NCBI RefSeq assembly: GCF_006345805.1
Contig: NC_043007.1
Coordinates: 21,762,001 to 21,826,000 of the forward strand
Source: Octopus sinensis
Taxonomy: Eukaryota
DNA: 64,000 nt
Direction: 5' to 3'
Positions 25,660 to 37,711 of the stretch are shown piece after piece. Each line of letters begins with the position of its first letter. Position 1 is the first letter of the stretch. The position numbers were made by a program, and so were the translations under genes. The notes under the pieces are model-generated. The model was not told where the DNA came from and searched no databases. It saw only the letters and a list, made by a program, of their open reading frames with translations.

Positions 25660-28357
25660 AAAAAAATTTTTTTTGAGTTTATTACATAGCAATGTTGACT
25701 CCCACGAGGCTTGTAAAGTCAAAATTATCGTTATATAATTAAAAATTTAATGCTAGTTTATCCTGTACAATGCATATATTTTAGAGATGAAAATGTAATC
25801 GGTTAATCTAGTCTTAAAAATTATACTACCCTCGACAAAACTAAACCAGTTCACAGAATCTAGGATTAGTAGAAAATATTTGCTACATACTAGTTAAAAA
25901 AAATGAAAACTTTGCAAACCAGTCTAGAAGCAAAACCAAAATAGAAAGAAATGTTGATTCAGCCCTCTTTCTAAATTGTCCTTATTTCTTTTTGTTGGCA
26001 ATGGACTTAAGGATGTCAAAATCATAATAAAAATATAGATATGATTTTGAGAGCCTTAAATACATAAAAAAAAGGGATATAAGAACAGTAGAACCATTTG
26101 TGGTGAAAGTTGATATTAGTTAGAATATGAGAAGGAAACAAAATCCAACAAGCTCCAGTTGAAAATTCTAATAAAATGGTTAATCATTTTAAAGAATTCC
26201 GTTGCAATATTTACAAACACCTGCTGTGTGGAGCACATTAAGAAGAGAAATGAAAAGACAAAAAACCTTAAACTGTAGTAATAATAAGATCAGCATTGAA
26301 TAAAAAAAAAAAATATTAAAAGATTGAAATAAAAATATTTAGACAATAAAAATATAAAAGTACTACAGTTAACAAAAATAAAACACCAGATGGTAAACTT
26401 CAAAATATTACGAATATACCTAGCGAAATAAGTTAAATCTAAATTATTATACTAATGCCGAAAATAATTAACTTGCACTTACAGAATATCTATACCCTAT
26501 GTATCAAAATTACCCTATCAAGACTCAATTGGTTTTAAAAATAAGAATACAGATAATTTCATCTTAATGCTGTTTAGAAACCTTGATGACTACAACAAAG
26601 CCTTAATTATACCTATCGAAATGCCATAAATATACCTATCGAAATAATCTAAATTATTATATTAAGGACAAAACTTACACCTGTGTATTAAGAATACCTT
26701 ATCAAGACTCAACTGGTTTTAGAGAATATGTAAAAAGCTTATCTCAACGCTGTTTGTCTAGAAACATCGACAAGAACGGTAAAGAGAGGCATAGAATTAC
26801 AGCCAGCGTGTCTTGTGATGTTGTCTTTGAAACAAGGAGACAATGATAAAAAGAAAAAAAAGAAGAACAGAACCTATTTGTTAAATGAGAGAAATAATTT
26901 GAAATTAGTTCTTCAAACTCTCTGTAGAAGATAACCAGTTGTAACAAAGACAATACCTGCAAGTTAGTTACACCAAAAAAATTCAGAATCTTAAGTTCAG
27001 TGACAATTTGTTATATACTATTTCCAAAAGAGAATAGGACTATGATAATTAAGATAGATTAATAACCTTTTTGCTTTTATATATATATATATTATCATAA
27101 GAGATATGTGTGTAAACCTGAACTAGCAACAAAAATATATTTTGTATAATTTGATGGAGCTTGCAGAAACATGTAATTCAGCTGTGAAACATTAGATTGA
27201 TCCAAACCAGAAGGAAGTAGACAGAGATATTAATGTAGGATGGGTGGTGGGTTGATTGATTGAGCTGATCACAGGTAATTGTATGATAAAATAGCAGATG
27301 AAGAATAATAATAATAATCGGAAAGGAAAAGGAAAAATCCAGAGGTATAAAAATGAATTAAAGAGAGAATGAATGAATTTAAAAATAAAACTCATGACAA
27401 TAGAAATAGAAAAATTATATGTAACTTAGAGTCTTTACACAAGAGAAAGAGAGAGAGAGTGAGTGAGAGAGAGAGAGATTCATAAATAGGACCAATGAAG
27501 GAATGGACTTTCTAATATTTCAAACTCATGTTGTGCACCATTTATCATGTAAACATCCTATCTAAATCTTTTGAGAGAAATATCACCATCAGTTATCAAA
27601 TGAATGGGTTTCAAATCTGCCAACGTCCATAGGAAGGAGTGGACGTTTTTTTGTTGTGTTTTTTCCGTTTTTTCGTTTGTTTTTGTTTTAGTTTTTTTCC
27701 ATAACTTTCCCCAGACATTTCTGAAAAGACAAGCAGTGTATTAATGCGTGCGATTGAACGGTTGTCAATATCCAGTAATGACGTTACTACACTTTTAGAA
27801 TCAGTGGAGTCATCGAGTTTCATTGCCCTAAACGCAGTACACAAAGTTTGAAAGAGAAACGATCTCAAACAAAGCATTGCATTCACCAACAGCAATGTAA
27901 ATAACCATTGCATGTGAAATAAAAGTGTATAATCGTTAGAATTTAGCATGGGCTAACACAGGCGACACAACACCCTCTCCTAGATCAGGAGCTGTTATCA
28001 TAGTTCATTATCTCCATGGTATTTTCAGCAGCAATAAGTAATTTCACAGACTGTGATCATTCTCATAACATATTGCTATGGTTTATTTTCTGTAGCAAAA
28101 GCTACCAAAATAAAAAAAAAAACGAAAAAAAAAAAAAAAAAAAAAACCTTGGAATACAACAATTTGCAACAGATTCTAAAAGGTTAAGGGCTGCAATGCT
28201 AACATGAGCAAGCAATAACAACACCCAGAAGATTGAACAGCAATCTGATCGTGGTAAGTTACAATGGCAGAGCTGTGAATAAGCAGCTTCTTCAGGAATG
28301 ACAAAAAATACAATCTCTTATAGAAGGGGTCGGGGGCAAAACACAGCTGTTATTGTC
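25660..28357 (-). other. Putative long 3' UTR of LRP5/6
   Basis: Directly follows the stop codon; U-rich on the minus strand; no recognisable SINE/MITE copies for ~2.7 kb, unlike the flanks; candidate AATAAA on the minus strand at 25678-25683 (plus tttatt). The end is inferred. Confidence 0.55.
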
Positions 28358-29924
28358 TCAGTAGTCGGAAGTTGCAACAGGTGACGGAGGTGGTGGATAG
28401 GGATTGAAACTACGCTCTGTAGAAGGTGATGGAGGACAACTCATATCGTCAGATAAATAATGACTCCGTGGAGAAGGTGGCGGAGGGTGTGGGGCAGAAT
28501 CGTAACTAAGTTCGATTAGCGAGTGATTTAAATAGTACTTCTGACATGGGTAGGGTTCACTTTCTTCATACACATCTGTACTATAAGGGGTTGTTGGTGG
28601 TGGAGGAATGTGCCGGAACTTGTATGTCCGAAATGAACGAACCGTGGAAGGACTATTGGAAGAGTAACAGAAATCTCCCGTGTATAATGAACGGTCTGTG
28701 ACGGGGGTTGGCGGTGGGTTTAGTGTTCCTTTCGGATATTGTGTTACAGTGGAGCTGCTGGATGAAGCCCCCGTCACGTGATTCCTGTCGTAAAGAGGGG
28801 CAGGGCCTGAGCTCAGGGACAAACCAGTTCCAACAGATTTACCACGAGAAAACATTGTGTGTGGGGGAGTGATATTTTTGGGGCAAGGATTTAAAGGTTT
28901 ATTAACCATCATTATTTCATGATCGTTGGCAGTATTCGGTGGGGACTTGCGGCGACAAGCAAACACAATAACTAATATAAGCAATGAGACAAAGACCACC
29001 ACAAAACCGACGGTGTATTGAGCAGTGTTGGTATCACGCATAGGTGCTGGTCTAGGAAACTGACAGTCCCACTCGTCAGAACCGTCTGGACAGTCGTCTC
29101 GCTTGTTACAGCGTAACTCAGAATTAATGCAAGGGCCGTCATTACAATACGTTTGACCACTGGGACAACATTTCTCTTCGTCGGAACCATCTTCGCAGTC
29201 TTTCTCGCCGTTGCAAACCAAAATCTTTTTTATCACGTCGCCATTAGCACAAGTAAAACGCATTGTCATGACAGGACAGTTGCTTTCGTCCGATTCGTCG
29301 ACACACTCGGCAATACCGTCGCAGTGCCATGCAGCAGGGATACATTTGATATCGCCCGTAACACATGTGAACTGTTCAGGAGAGCAAGTTGGTGGGTCTG
29401 AGCAAGTTTGCTCATCGTTTGTAAGAGCCAGGGCTACCGGGCAAGAACAACGTGCAGTACCATCCCCTTTCGCTACGCAAATATGAGAACATTTGCCAGT
29501 GTCAGGGTAGCAGGGATGCTTTTGAAAGTCTTCTTCACTAATCATCTGAACAGCATGGATATCGGTTAATCCCTGAATGCGACGACCTTGCATACGATAT
29601 CTTACATGGGTATCAGCATAATCGACCCACTGGATAAGCTGTTGGTCTTTATCAATCCAGTAAACGTATTGTCCGAGAACAGCTAATCCGTTTGGATGTT
29701 CAATTTCACTGTCGACGAGAATTTTCCGGTTCCCACCGGAAAGGTCGGAACACTCGATGCGGTTTAATTCCAAGTCGGACCAGTATAAACGCTGGGATTT
29801 GTAATCAATGGTCAGAGCAGTTGGGTGTTTCAAGTCGTTTCCAAATAGAACTGTTTTTTCTGTTCCATCCATGGCGGCCATTTCAATCTTCGGAGGTTTC
29901 ACCATGTTGGTCCAATAAATATGA
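28358..29924 (-). CDS. LRP6: LRP5/6 terminal coding exon: rest of propeller 4, EGF4, 3 LDLa repeats, TM helix and cytoplasmic tail with five PPP(S/T)P-type motifs
   Basis: ttgcag| acceptor gives GHIYWTN...; LDLa DxSDE motifs; hydrophobic TM VGFVVVFVSLLILVIVFA; GASSSSST cluster; motifs NPPPTPVT, PPTTPYS, PPPPSPRS, CPPSPST, PPPPSPVA; TGA stop at 28358-60. Confidence 0.96.
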
Positions 29925-30025
29925 CTGCAACGACAATAAAGATAATTGAGTAAGAGCAAATGAAATGGAAATATGAATGGAGACAGACACACACGGAACG
30001 ACAACAGCAACAAAGTAATACGTAC

Positions 30026-30225
30026 CCCTGTTCTGGGTTCAGAACAAGTGACCGAGGCTTTTCTTCCGTGTCGCTGACCACAGTACCGACATCTGTCATA
30101 TCGATGTGAGTGACATTGATTACATTATTCTGAGAACATGACCAATAAATATGATGAGAGAATGGATCAATAGCCAAATCATGCGGGTGGAAGTAGTTTG
30201 ATGGATTCGGTACCACTGTTGATAC
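30026..30225 (-). CDS. LRP6: LRP5/6 exon, propeller 4
   Basis: VSTVVPNPSNYFHPHDLAIDPFSHHIYWSC...KPRSLVLNPEQG; ctctag| acceptor, |gtacgt donor; followed by a 101-nt intron (29925-30025). Confidence 0.93.
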
Positions 30226-30294
30226 CTAGAGGAAAATAAAATACAATATTGTAATTAGAAACACAGGTCTTATTTCTTTGTACAGTAGGTGTGG

Positions 30295-30367
<73 letters not shown>

Positions 30368-30615
30368 TTCATGAAAAAGACAAAGACAGGTGGTCTAGAA
30401 AACAAACAGATGTATTAGTATAACGCTCGGGAATTGAAAAAGTCTTTAATGTTTCAAGCCTACGCTCTTCCACAGAAAGGAACACAGAAAGAAACAAGGA
30501 GAGAAAATAAAGAATGTGTAGTGGCTACAAATCTATCATGGTGAATATATATATATATATATAAATAATATATAAATATATGCATATTACATACATATAT
30601 GTACATACCAACATA

Positions 30616-30660
<45 letters not shown>

Positions 30661-31715
30661 GCATATATGGGTACAGAACATCAAAAAAACATTGAACACA
30701 ATGAGAAACGAGACATACAACACAAGGAATATTTCCCCTTCTTCAGTTGTCCCTGTTTCATCTATTCCGGGTTTCGAGGGCAAGGACAAGACGCGACTTC
30801 GTTGAAACAGTCCTTCCCGCAAAGCAAATTAAATAAAATTTGGAATTTTTTTGCGGAGGGTGAAAGTGGTAACAAAAACAGGACAGTGAGACAAGACAGT
30901 AAAAACAAACGGTGAGGGCTGTTAAGCCAAGGTGATAGAAAAAATATTATATATATATATGTATCTTTTATCTTTTACTTGTTTCAGTCATTAGACTTAG
31001 ACCATGCTGGAGTACCACCTTGAAGAATTATTTTAAGCCCAGTAATTATTCTATCATTCTCTTCTGCCGAACCGCTAAGTTACAAGAACATAAACACACC
31101 AACACCAGTTGACAAGCGACGGTGGTGCTGATAGACACAAAGGCTTCTTTCAGTTTCTGTCCCTCTGTGCAAGGACAATCCGAACACAGACACACACACA
31201 ATTAAAGGTTACAAACCTCATTCAGGAATAGCAAAATCCTAAGAAGGTACTAGTTAATTACCAATACAAAGAGTGTGTGTGAGTGTGTATATATATGCAC
31301 ACACTCACACAGAGTTTACTTGATTTTAGTATTTATTTTAATGATGCCAGAGACTAAACAGTAAACTCCATTAAACTTAGTAAATGTGTGCTAGTACATA
31401 CTATAAAGCTTCTTCTCTTACAGTTTATAAATAAATAACACAAGGGAAGCACAGTCTTCCTAAGACAAGGCATATTATTCTGCTTAACACAATCCAACTA
31501 ACAACAAAGTCCTGTTCTTATTTCATAATCAAGTAGATAGCAGAAGCAGCAGGAAAGGCCTTTAGCTGTGAAGCCATTTGCTTCAAAAGTATGCAAATAT
31601 CAAAATTTGCAGTAACCCTTTTAGTGGCTGTTGTTTTGTTGTTTTGCATTGCTCCCTTATTTATGAATCTCCTCGTTAGCTTAGAAATGATAGGAGACAA
31701 TTCCCAAGTGCCTTT

Positions 31716-32072
31716 GGATGGAAGCACTCCGTCGGTTACAACGACGAGGGTTCCGGTTGATCTGATCAACGGAACAGCCTGCTCATGAAATTAACGTGTA
31801 AGTGGCTGAGCACTCCACAGACACGTGTACCCTTAACACAGAGAGTGACAAGGCCGGCCCTTTGAAATACAGGTACAACAGAAACAGGAAGTAAGAGTGA
31901 GAGAGAGTTGTGGTGAAAGAGTACAGCAGGGATCACCACCATCCCTGCCGGAGCATCGTGGAACTTTAGGTGTTTTCGCTCAATAAACACTCACAACGCC
32001 CGGTCTGGGAATCGAAACCGTGATCCTACGACCACGAGTCCGCTGCCCTAACCACTGGGCCATTGCGCCTCC
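31716..32072 (-). mobile_element. SINE family C copy
   Basis: Reverse complement of the 54250 copy; 13-bp TSD CCCAAGTGCCTTT (31703-15 / 32073-85). Confidence 0.88.
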
Positions 32073-32723
32073 CCCAAGTGCCTTTAAATCACTATACAAA
32101 CACAAAGTATTCAAAGGAACCCCCCACTCCAACTATCACAAGACTGCATTTAGCTTGTTTTTTGTTCTAGACTGGTATGGATTAAATGGGAGGTAACTGA
32201 GGCAGGACTTTTATAGCTGGATGCTCTTTCTGTCACTAACCTTTACCTGTTTTCTAAGTAAGAGTACAGAAATGACTGTGTAGTAACAAGTTAGCTTCTC
32301 AACTACATGGTTCTGGGTTCAGTCCCACTGTCTAGCACCTTGGGCAAGTGTTTTCTAATACAGCTCTGGGCTGACCAAAGCCTTGTGAGTGAATTTGGTA
32401 GATAGAAACTGAAAGAAGTGGAAATTTTACCGGTGAACATGTTAAATTATAAGGCACAAAAAGAAAAGGACTCTCCCAAGACACAACTAACATTTGTTTT
32501 TGTTGTTTTTTTTGCATCGAAATGTGTATTGTACAATACAAATAAGATGATATTTATTCTTTGAATGTAGAATTGCCATTAAAATGGCAGGAATCCTAGG
32601 TAAATTACCCTACAAAGCAGAAAAATTTGTCAAGGCTATTTGTTGACAAAATTTTCCATTTGGGAAAAAAAAAGTCATCTCATTTGTATCGTATACTACT
32701 TAAAGAATTTATAAAGGTCTTAC

Positions 32724-32926
32724 CTCTGTGCCATTCTCTCTCGATCTTTTGATAGTCTTTGACCGGCCATCAATCCAGTAAACGTATTTATCATAAACAT
32801 CATAATCAATAGCCTTTACATTGCGCAGGTTATGAATGGGCAAAACACTCGGAGGAAGATGTTCAGAGTTTGGCACCAAACGACTAAGGTCACCCTTTTG
32901 ACTAAACAATAAAAAAGACTCTGGTG
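32724..32926 (-). CDS. LRP6: LRP5/6 exon, start of propeller 4
   Basis: PPESFLLFSQKGDLSRL...LPIHNLRNVKAIDYD...YVYWIDGR; tttcag| acceptor, |gtaaga donor. Confidence 0.95.
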
Positions 32927-33269
32927 CTGAAAAAAGAAAGGCAGAAATTATGCAAATTAACCTCTTAATGGATTATATAGAAAAAATATATCATCTTTGT
33001 CCCCCAAAATGATATTAAATAAAATTTGATCCACTATTACAAAGTCTTACAACATTTGCTTCTTCCGGCAGATTAAACTAATATGAATGTTTGGTTCTAA
33101 GAATCTAGTCAGTATTGGAAGTATTTCAGAAAGTCATTAAGCAGTCTTTTCAAATCTGAACCTAGCATAAATAATATTGTGTAGGGCAGATAAAAAAATA
33201 ACGATATTAAAATCAGTGCTTTATAATATTAGGCAAAAATTGCTTTGCATTGATTCATAAAAAATGTAA

Positions 33270-33676
33270 GATCTTTTCGGTTTGAATGGCAGTTTTTTCT
33301 AGTGGTGTCATATGAAATTGTCACCCATAATTATGACCCTAGTATCGATCTATTGCATTTCAATCTGTTTTAGGGTTAGGTGTGGGGGGAAGGGTATCTT
33401 TTTTCTTCACAAATGTAAATAAACCCAATCTGTTTCTTAAACGAGGGACATATTCATACGGTACAGAATGTTGTTTACCTCAATAGACGTCAGTGATTGG
33501 TTGAATTGCAGAAATTGAAGAAAAAAAACAACAAATATCTTACAAACTATAGAATTTTCTCAATAAAGCCAAGAGAAAAAGATGTTTTATAAACACATTC
33601 TACCAGTATACGAAGTTTAAAATTTTTTAGTTACCTAGAAATTATGTTAAAAACTGCCGTTCAAACCGAAAAGATC
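33270..33676. mobile_element. MITE with ~28-bp terminal inverted repeats
   Basis: GATCTTTTCGGTTTGAATGGCAGTTTTT...AAAAACTGCCGTTCAAACCGAAAAGATC; second copy at 42992-43410, fragment at ~7200-7420. Confidence 0.8.
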
Positions 33677-33756
33677 CGCAATCGAAGATAGTTAAGTTAT
33701 ATGGATTTTTTTCAATGTTTGAGTTAATTGATCAATTAGATAACTTGATTACTTAC

Positions 33757-33912
33757 GGGAACAAGTTTTATTGTCTTCTCCCAATGAATAATGAGTTGGG
33801 CAGGCACAAGTGAAATATATATTGTTATCAGTGTCCATTTGATCAAATAAGGCAGGATGAGCCAAGCACAAGTGAGAACAGTTACCATTATCACCTCCAC
33901 ATGGGTTCCAAC
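33757..33912 (-). CDS. LRP6: LRP5/6 exon, EGF3
   Basis: [20 protein letters not shown]...[17 protein letters not shown]; gacag| acceptor, |gtaagt donor. Confidence 0.95.
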
Positions 33913-33999
33913 CTGTCAGAAATAGAAGACAAATATGGATTTCAAATTGGGACACAAGGCCAGCAATCTTGCGGGAAGGAGTAAGTCATAAATATTAAA

Positions 34000-34430
34000 A
34001 ATAATAATAATAATGAAATTACTGTATACAGTGCTCAGGTGCACCACAACTTGTCAAAAGTGCATATAAAGCATATGCAGTAATGTACAAATGTCTGGGA
34101 GGTGAACAGTGTATGAGTCAGATACATGCTTGCATGTGTATGGAGGGGAGAAAATTCAGGTGTAGAGTTGGTGAATCTCAGGAAGCATGGAAGTTTTGAA
34201 GGATGCAGTGCTCCGACAACTAACAACTGATGCTGGCAGTCTGTTCCATGCTTCTGCAACTCTTAGCGTGAAAAAATGTTTCCTGAAGTCATGGGAGCTG
34301 TGCTGTTTTCTGACTTTGTAAACATGTCCATGGGTGTTAGACAGGTGGAGTTTGAAAAGGTGCTCAATGTTATTGTTAGTAAGATGGTTAATAATTTTAT
34401 GGGTGTCTGCCAAGTCAGCTGCCAGATGTC
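34000..34430 (-). mobile_element. CR1-like LINE 3' fragment (same family as 10850)
   Basis: ADLADTHKII...RKHFFTLRVAEAWNRLPASVV; (ATT)n tail. Confidence 0.8.
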
Positions 34431-35942
34431 GGAATTTCAAAATTTTGGCACAAGGCCAGCAAATTTTGGGGAGGAAGACTAATCAACCCCAATGTCTAAC
34501 TGGTACTTATTTCATCGACTTCGAAAAGATGAAAGACAAAGATGACCTAGGTGGAATTTGAACTCAGGACAGAAAGACAGACGAAATGCTGCAAGGTATT
34601 TTGCCCGGTGTGCTAACATTTCTGCCAGCTCACCACCTTAGATTCATCGTCATCATCGTTTTTAATGCTTGTTTTCCATGCTGGCATGGGTTGGACAGTT
34701 TGACTGGGGGCTAGCAAACCAGTAGGCTGCACCAGGCTCCAATTTGATCTGGCAAGGTTGTCTACAGCTGGATGCCCTTCCTAATGCCAACCACTCTGAG
34801 TGTGTAGTGGGGGGCTTTTTGCATGCCTCTGGCATGGGGAGCCAGTCAGGTGGCACTGGCATCGACCCATGGTTGAATGGTGCTTATTACGTATACCAGT
34901 AATTCATTATATACTGGATTATCAGATAAATTCATTTTGGGGGAGGGGTAGTGGGGGTTCCTTCATTCTAATCCTTTCCGATGTTTTACTTTTTCATCTT
35001 TTACTTGTTTCAGTCACTAGACTGCGTCCATGCTGGGGCACAACCTTGAAGAATTGTCTTTTTGCAGAGTGACTTAGATTGATTAAAGTGATGCCATGTA
35101 AGTGTTATATTAATCCCAGAAGGATGAAAGGTATATTCAGCCTCAGCAGAATATGAACTGGGAAGCAGATTGATGAAACTAAATGTCATCATCATCATCA
35201 CCACCATCATTTAATGTTCGTTTTCTGTGCTCAAAATGGGTTGAAAGTTTCAACATGAGCTGACAAGCCTGCTCCAAGCTCTGCTTTGGCATGGTTGCTA
35301 CAGTAGGATGATGCCTTTCCTAACGCCAACCACTTTACAGAGTGCACTGGATGTTTTTTCATGCCACGGGCACCAGTGAGATTGCCAAGCAACTTGCAAG
35401 ACTCTCTCAACAGAGTTGGAGAATAATACTGGTTTCAAATTTTGGCACAAGGCCAGCAATTTTGGGAGAGAGGTAAGTCAAATACATAAGTCAGATACAT
35501 CGACCCCTGAGTTCAACTGGTACTTATTTTACTGACCCTGAAAGGATGAAAGGCAAAGTTGCCCTAGGCAGAATTTGAACTCAGAATGTAAAGACAGATG
35601 AAATGCCGCTAAGGATTTTGCCGTGTGTGCTAATGATTCTGCCAGCTTGTCAACCGATAAGATATGAAATGTCTGAGAGTAATATTGAGTGGGGTGATGA
35701 GAGGTTAAAGTATGATAGAGGGACAAGAACAAGAAAAACATGGTTGACTCATTTGGCATAAAAAGAGGATGCTGGTGAAGATGTATCAGGGAATACCCTC
35801 AAGTTATAGGCAGGTGGATAAAGGAAAAGTAGTATGGGTAAGTTCATGGGGGTGCAAGATGTGAGTATCAAGTGGATAGTGGGAAATGCAATGAAAGGTG
35901 AATGGCAATCTTGTAATTAAAATAAACATAACATAAACCAAA

Positions 35943-36336
35943 TCTCTTTCTATATAAAGCTGAAGTTGTCTGTGTATGGCAGGTTTGGTAGCCTTCAACT
36001 AACACTATCTCCTCCGAGACCCTGCGGTGCAAGTTGACCAAAATTGAGAGTACGATAGAAGAACGCTTGCTCTTCCTTCCGTAGAAGGAAAAATTCAAAT
36101 CGGACCATGTTAACACCAAAAATTATTTACATCATAAAGGGGTGCTTTTTTTATATGAAAATTCCTATTTTTTACGATTTTTTTACTGCTGTGTCACCAT
36201 TTTTCAGTGTATTTCAACCAGAAAAATGTTCACTTAATGAGAATAACAAGCTACATAATGCAAAATTTTTACTTTTCAAAAATTCCAATTCTAAAGGGTC
36301 GAAACAAACCCGAGCAATGCCGGGCGATACTGCTAG
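35943..36336 (+). mobile_element. Non-autonomous Helitron-like element
   Basis: 5' TC, 3' CTAG preceded by hairpin CCCG-agcaatgc-CGGG, inserted between A and T. Copies at 14410-14805, 10185-10510 (partial) and 58062-58458 (-). Confidence 0.8.
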
Positions 36337-36372
36337 TAAATTTCAAAATGCAGTAAAGATATAGAATTTTAC

Positions 36373-36579
36373 CAGGCTGACGTGACTCTTGGAAAACCAG
36401 GATATCCATTACAAAATCATCGTGGCTTTGGTGAATTGTTGTACGGTTGGTTCCGGTTAGCTTGTGGGCACGTTCAATTGTGTTCTTCTCTAAATCGGTC
36501 CAGTAGATGAAATCTTTGTATTGGGTGATGCCACGTGGATATTGTAAATAGCTGTCTATGATCACTTGTCGGTTTTCTC
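36373..36579 (-). CDS. LRP6: LRP5/6 exon, end of propeller 3
   Basis: [29 protein letters not shown]...[13 protein letters not shown]; ctcag| acceptor, |gtaaaa donor. Confidence 0.95.
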
Positions 36580-36832
36580 CTGAGAAGAATAAACAATTGA
36601 AACATTCAGATAAAAATTCATTAAATTAAGGTGTAACGATTAACTCATAAGGTGGATATTTACCGACTGCATCGCATCATCTTTTATTTGTTTTAGTCTG
36701 TGCATGTATGACAGATTTAAATTGTTCTTAAAAACTTAAAAGGTTTAGCAGTTTTACATATCCAGTTAGGGGAGTTTGTTAATATTTGATAATCCACATT
36801 TTAAACTTACTTTTTTAAAAATTATATATATA

Positions 36833-37390
36833 TAAAACTGCCTAACCTTTTAAGTTTTAAACAGCAATTAATAATTAATCCCTTAATTATTTTCATAATA
36901 CTTAGGTAAATAAAAATTAATTTTTACACTAAAAAATAATAGGGTATCTAATCCTAGTTTATTCTTAAAATTTCAAAGTATAAACAATAAAGAAAAAAAA
37001 AACAGATCAATTCCAAAAATTTTACCAAAGAACTAATCATAAAATTTTCTTTTAATCATAACTACAGCTTACTTTACTTTTAACCAAAACCTTTCAACTT
37101 TAATTATAGGTATAACCACAGATGCTGGCACAAATTTATCCAATTATAACTTATAATTTCTATATAAAACTCTCATTCATTGGATAAATAAATATACTGA
37201 AAAATTAATTATCATATTAAAAATCATTTAATAATAAATCACTAATATTTTTGCAGTTAATATTAAATTAAACTACAACAAATATATAATAAATATTAAT
37301 AAACCAACAACATATATATATATATATATATTCAACAAACCTAACATGTATAAAATTACAACTAATAACAAAACCAAAGTCAAATTACTA
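36833..37390 (-). rRNA. rrnS: Mitochondrial 12S rRNA 5' part (NUMT pseudogene)
   Basis: Universal small-subunit rRNA motifs GTGCCAGCA and AACTAGGATTAGATACCC on the minus strand. Confidence 0.88.
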
Positions 37391-37391
37391 T

Positions 37392-37457
37392 ATAAAGAGA
37401 CAACACAAAATCTATTTTCGAGGTATGAACCCAATAGCTTAATTAGCTTACTTAATC
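37392..37457 (-). tRNA. trnM: mt tRNA-Met pseudogene (NUMT)
   Basis: Minus strand AGTAAGCTAATTAAGCTATTGGGTTCATACC; CAT anticodon at 37425-37427. Confidence 0.85.
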
Positions 37458-37506
37458 AAAAACAAGTTTTAGCATAAACTATGTATCTTTAATTAAAATA
37501 TAAAAC

Positions 37507-37572
37507 CATGAGAAAGTAAAACACTTATAGATAAATTTACAATCGACCAACTAAAAATTACGACCATTTCAC
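37507..37572 (-). tRNA. trnY: mt tRNA-Tyr pseudogene (NUMT)
   Basis: Minus strand anticodon loop TTGTAAA (GTA at 37538-37540); position fits the M-C-Y-W-Q cluster. Confidence 0.7.
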
Positions 37573-37573
37573 A

Positions 37574-37640
37574 CAGAATTTAAACAATATTATTTATTAC
37601 AAGTCTTGAAAACTTACAGTTTAACTTAACTTAAAACTCT
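37574..37640 (-). tRNA. trnW: mt tRNA-Trp(UCA) pseudogene (NUMT)
   Basis: Minus strand AGAGTTTTAAGTTAAGTTAAACTGTAAGTTTTCAAGACTTG; TCA anticodon at 37607-37609 (mitochondrial code). Confidence 0.8.
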
Positions 37641-37711
37641 TTAGTAAAAAAGGACTTGAACCTTTTCTTTAAAGATCAAAACTTTATTTGCCCATACACC
37701 AAATTATAATA
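37641..37711 (-). tRNA. trnQ: mt tRNA-Gln pseudogene (NUMT)
   Basis: Minus strand TGGTGTATGGGCAAATAAAGTTTTGATCTTTA...GGTTCAAGTCC; TTG anticodon at 37677-37679. Confidence 0.8.

Larger units (their letters stand above)
36720..37711 (-). pseudogene. Nuclear mitochondrial insertion (NUMT): partial 12S rRNA plus trnM, trnC remnant, trnY, trnW, trnQ, in an LRP5/6 intron
   Basis: Reverse complement of AAACTAGGATTAGATACCCTATTAT at 36936-36960; GTGCCAGCA motif at ~37113-37131; abutting mitochondrial-type tRNAs; very AT-rich. Confidence 0.9.

Noticed and set aside
29925-30013. Hydrophobic N-terminus of the 551-aa ORF, resembling a signal peptide for a stand-alone gene
   Set aside because: It is the 101-nt GT-AG intron read in frame; splicing to the 30026 exon restores the LRP5/6 propeller sequence in phase.
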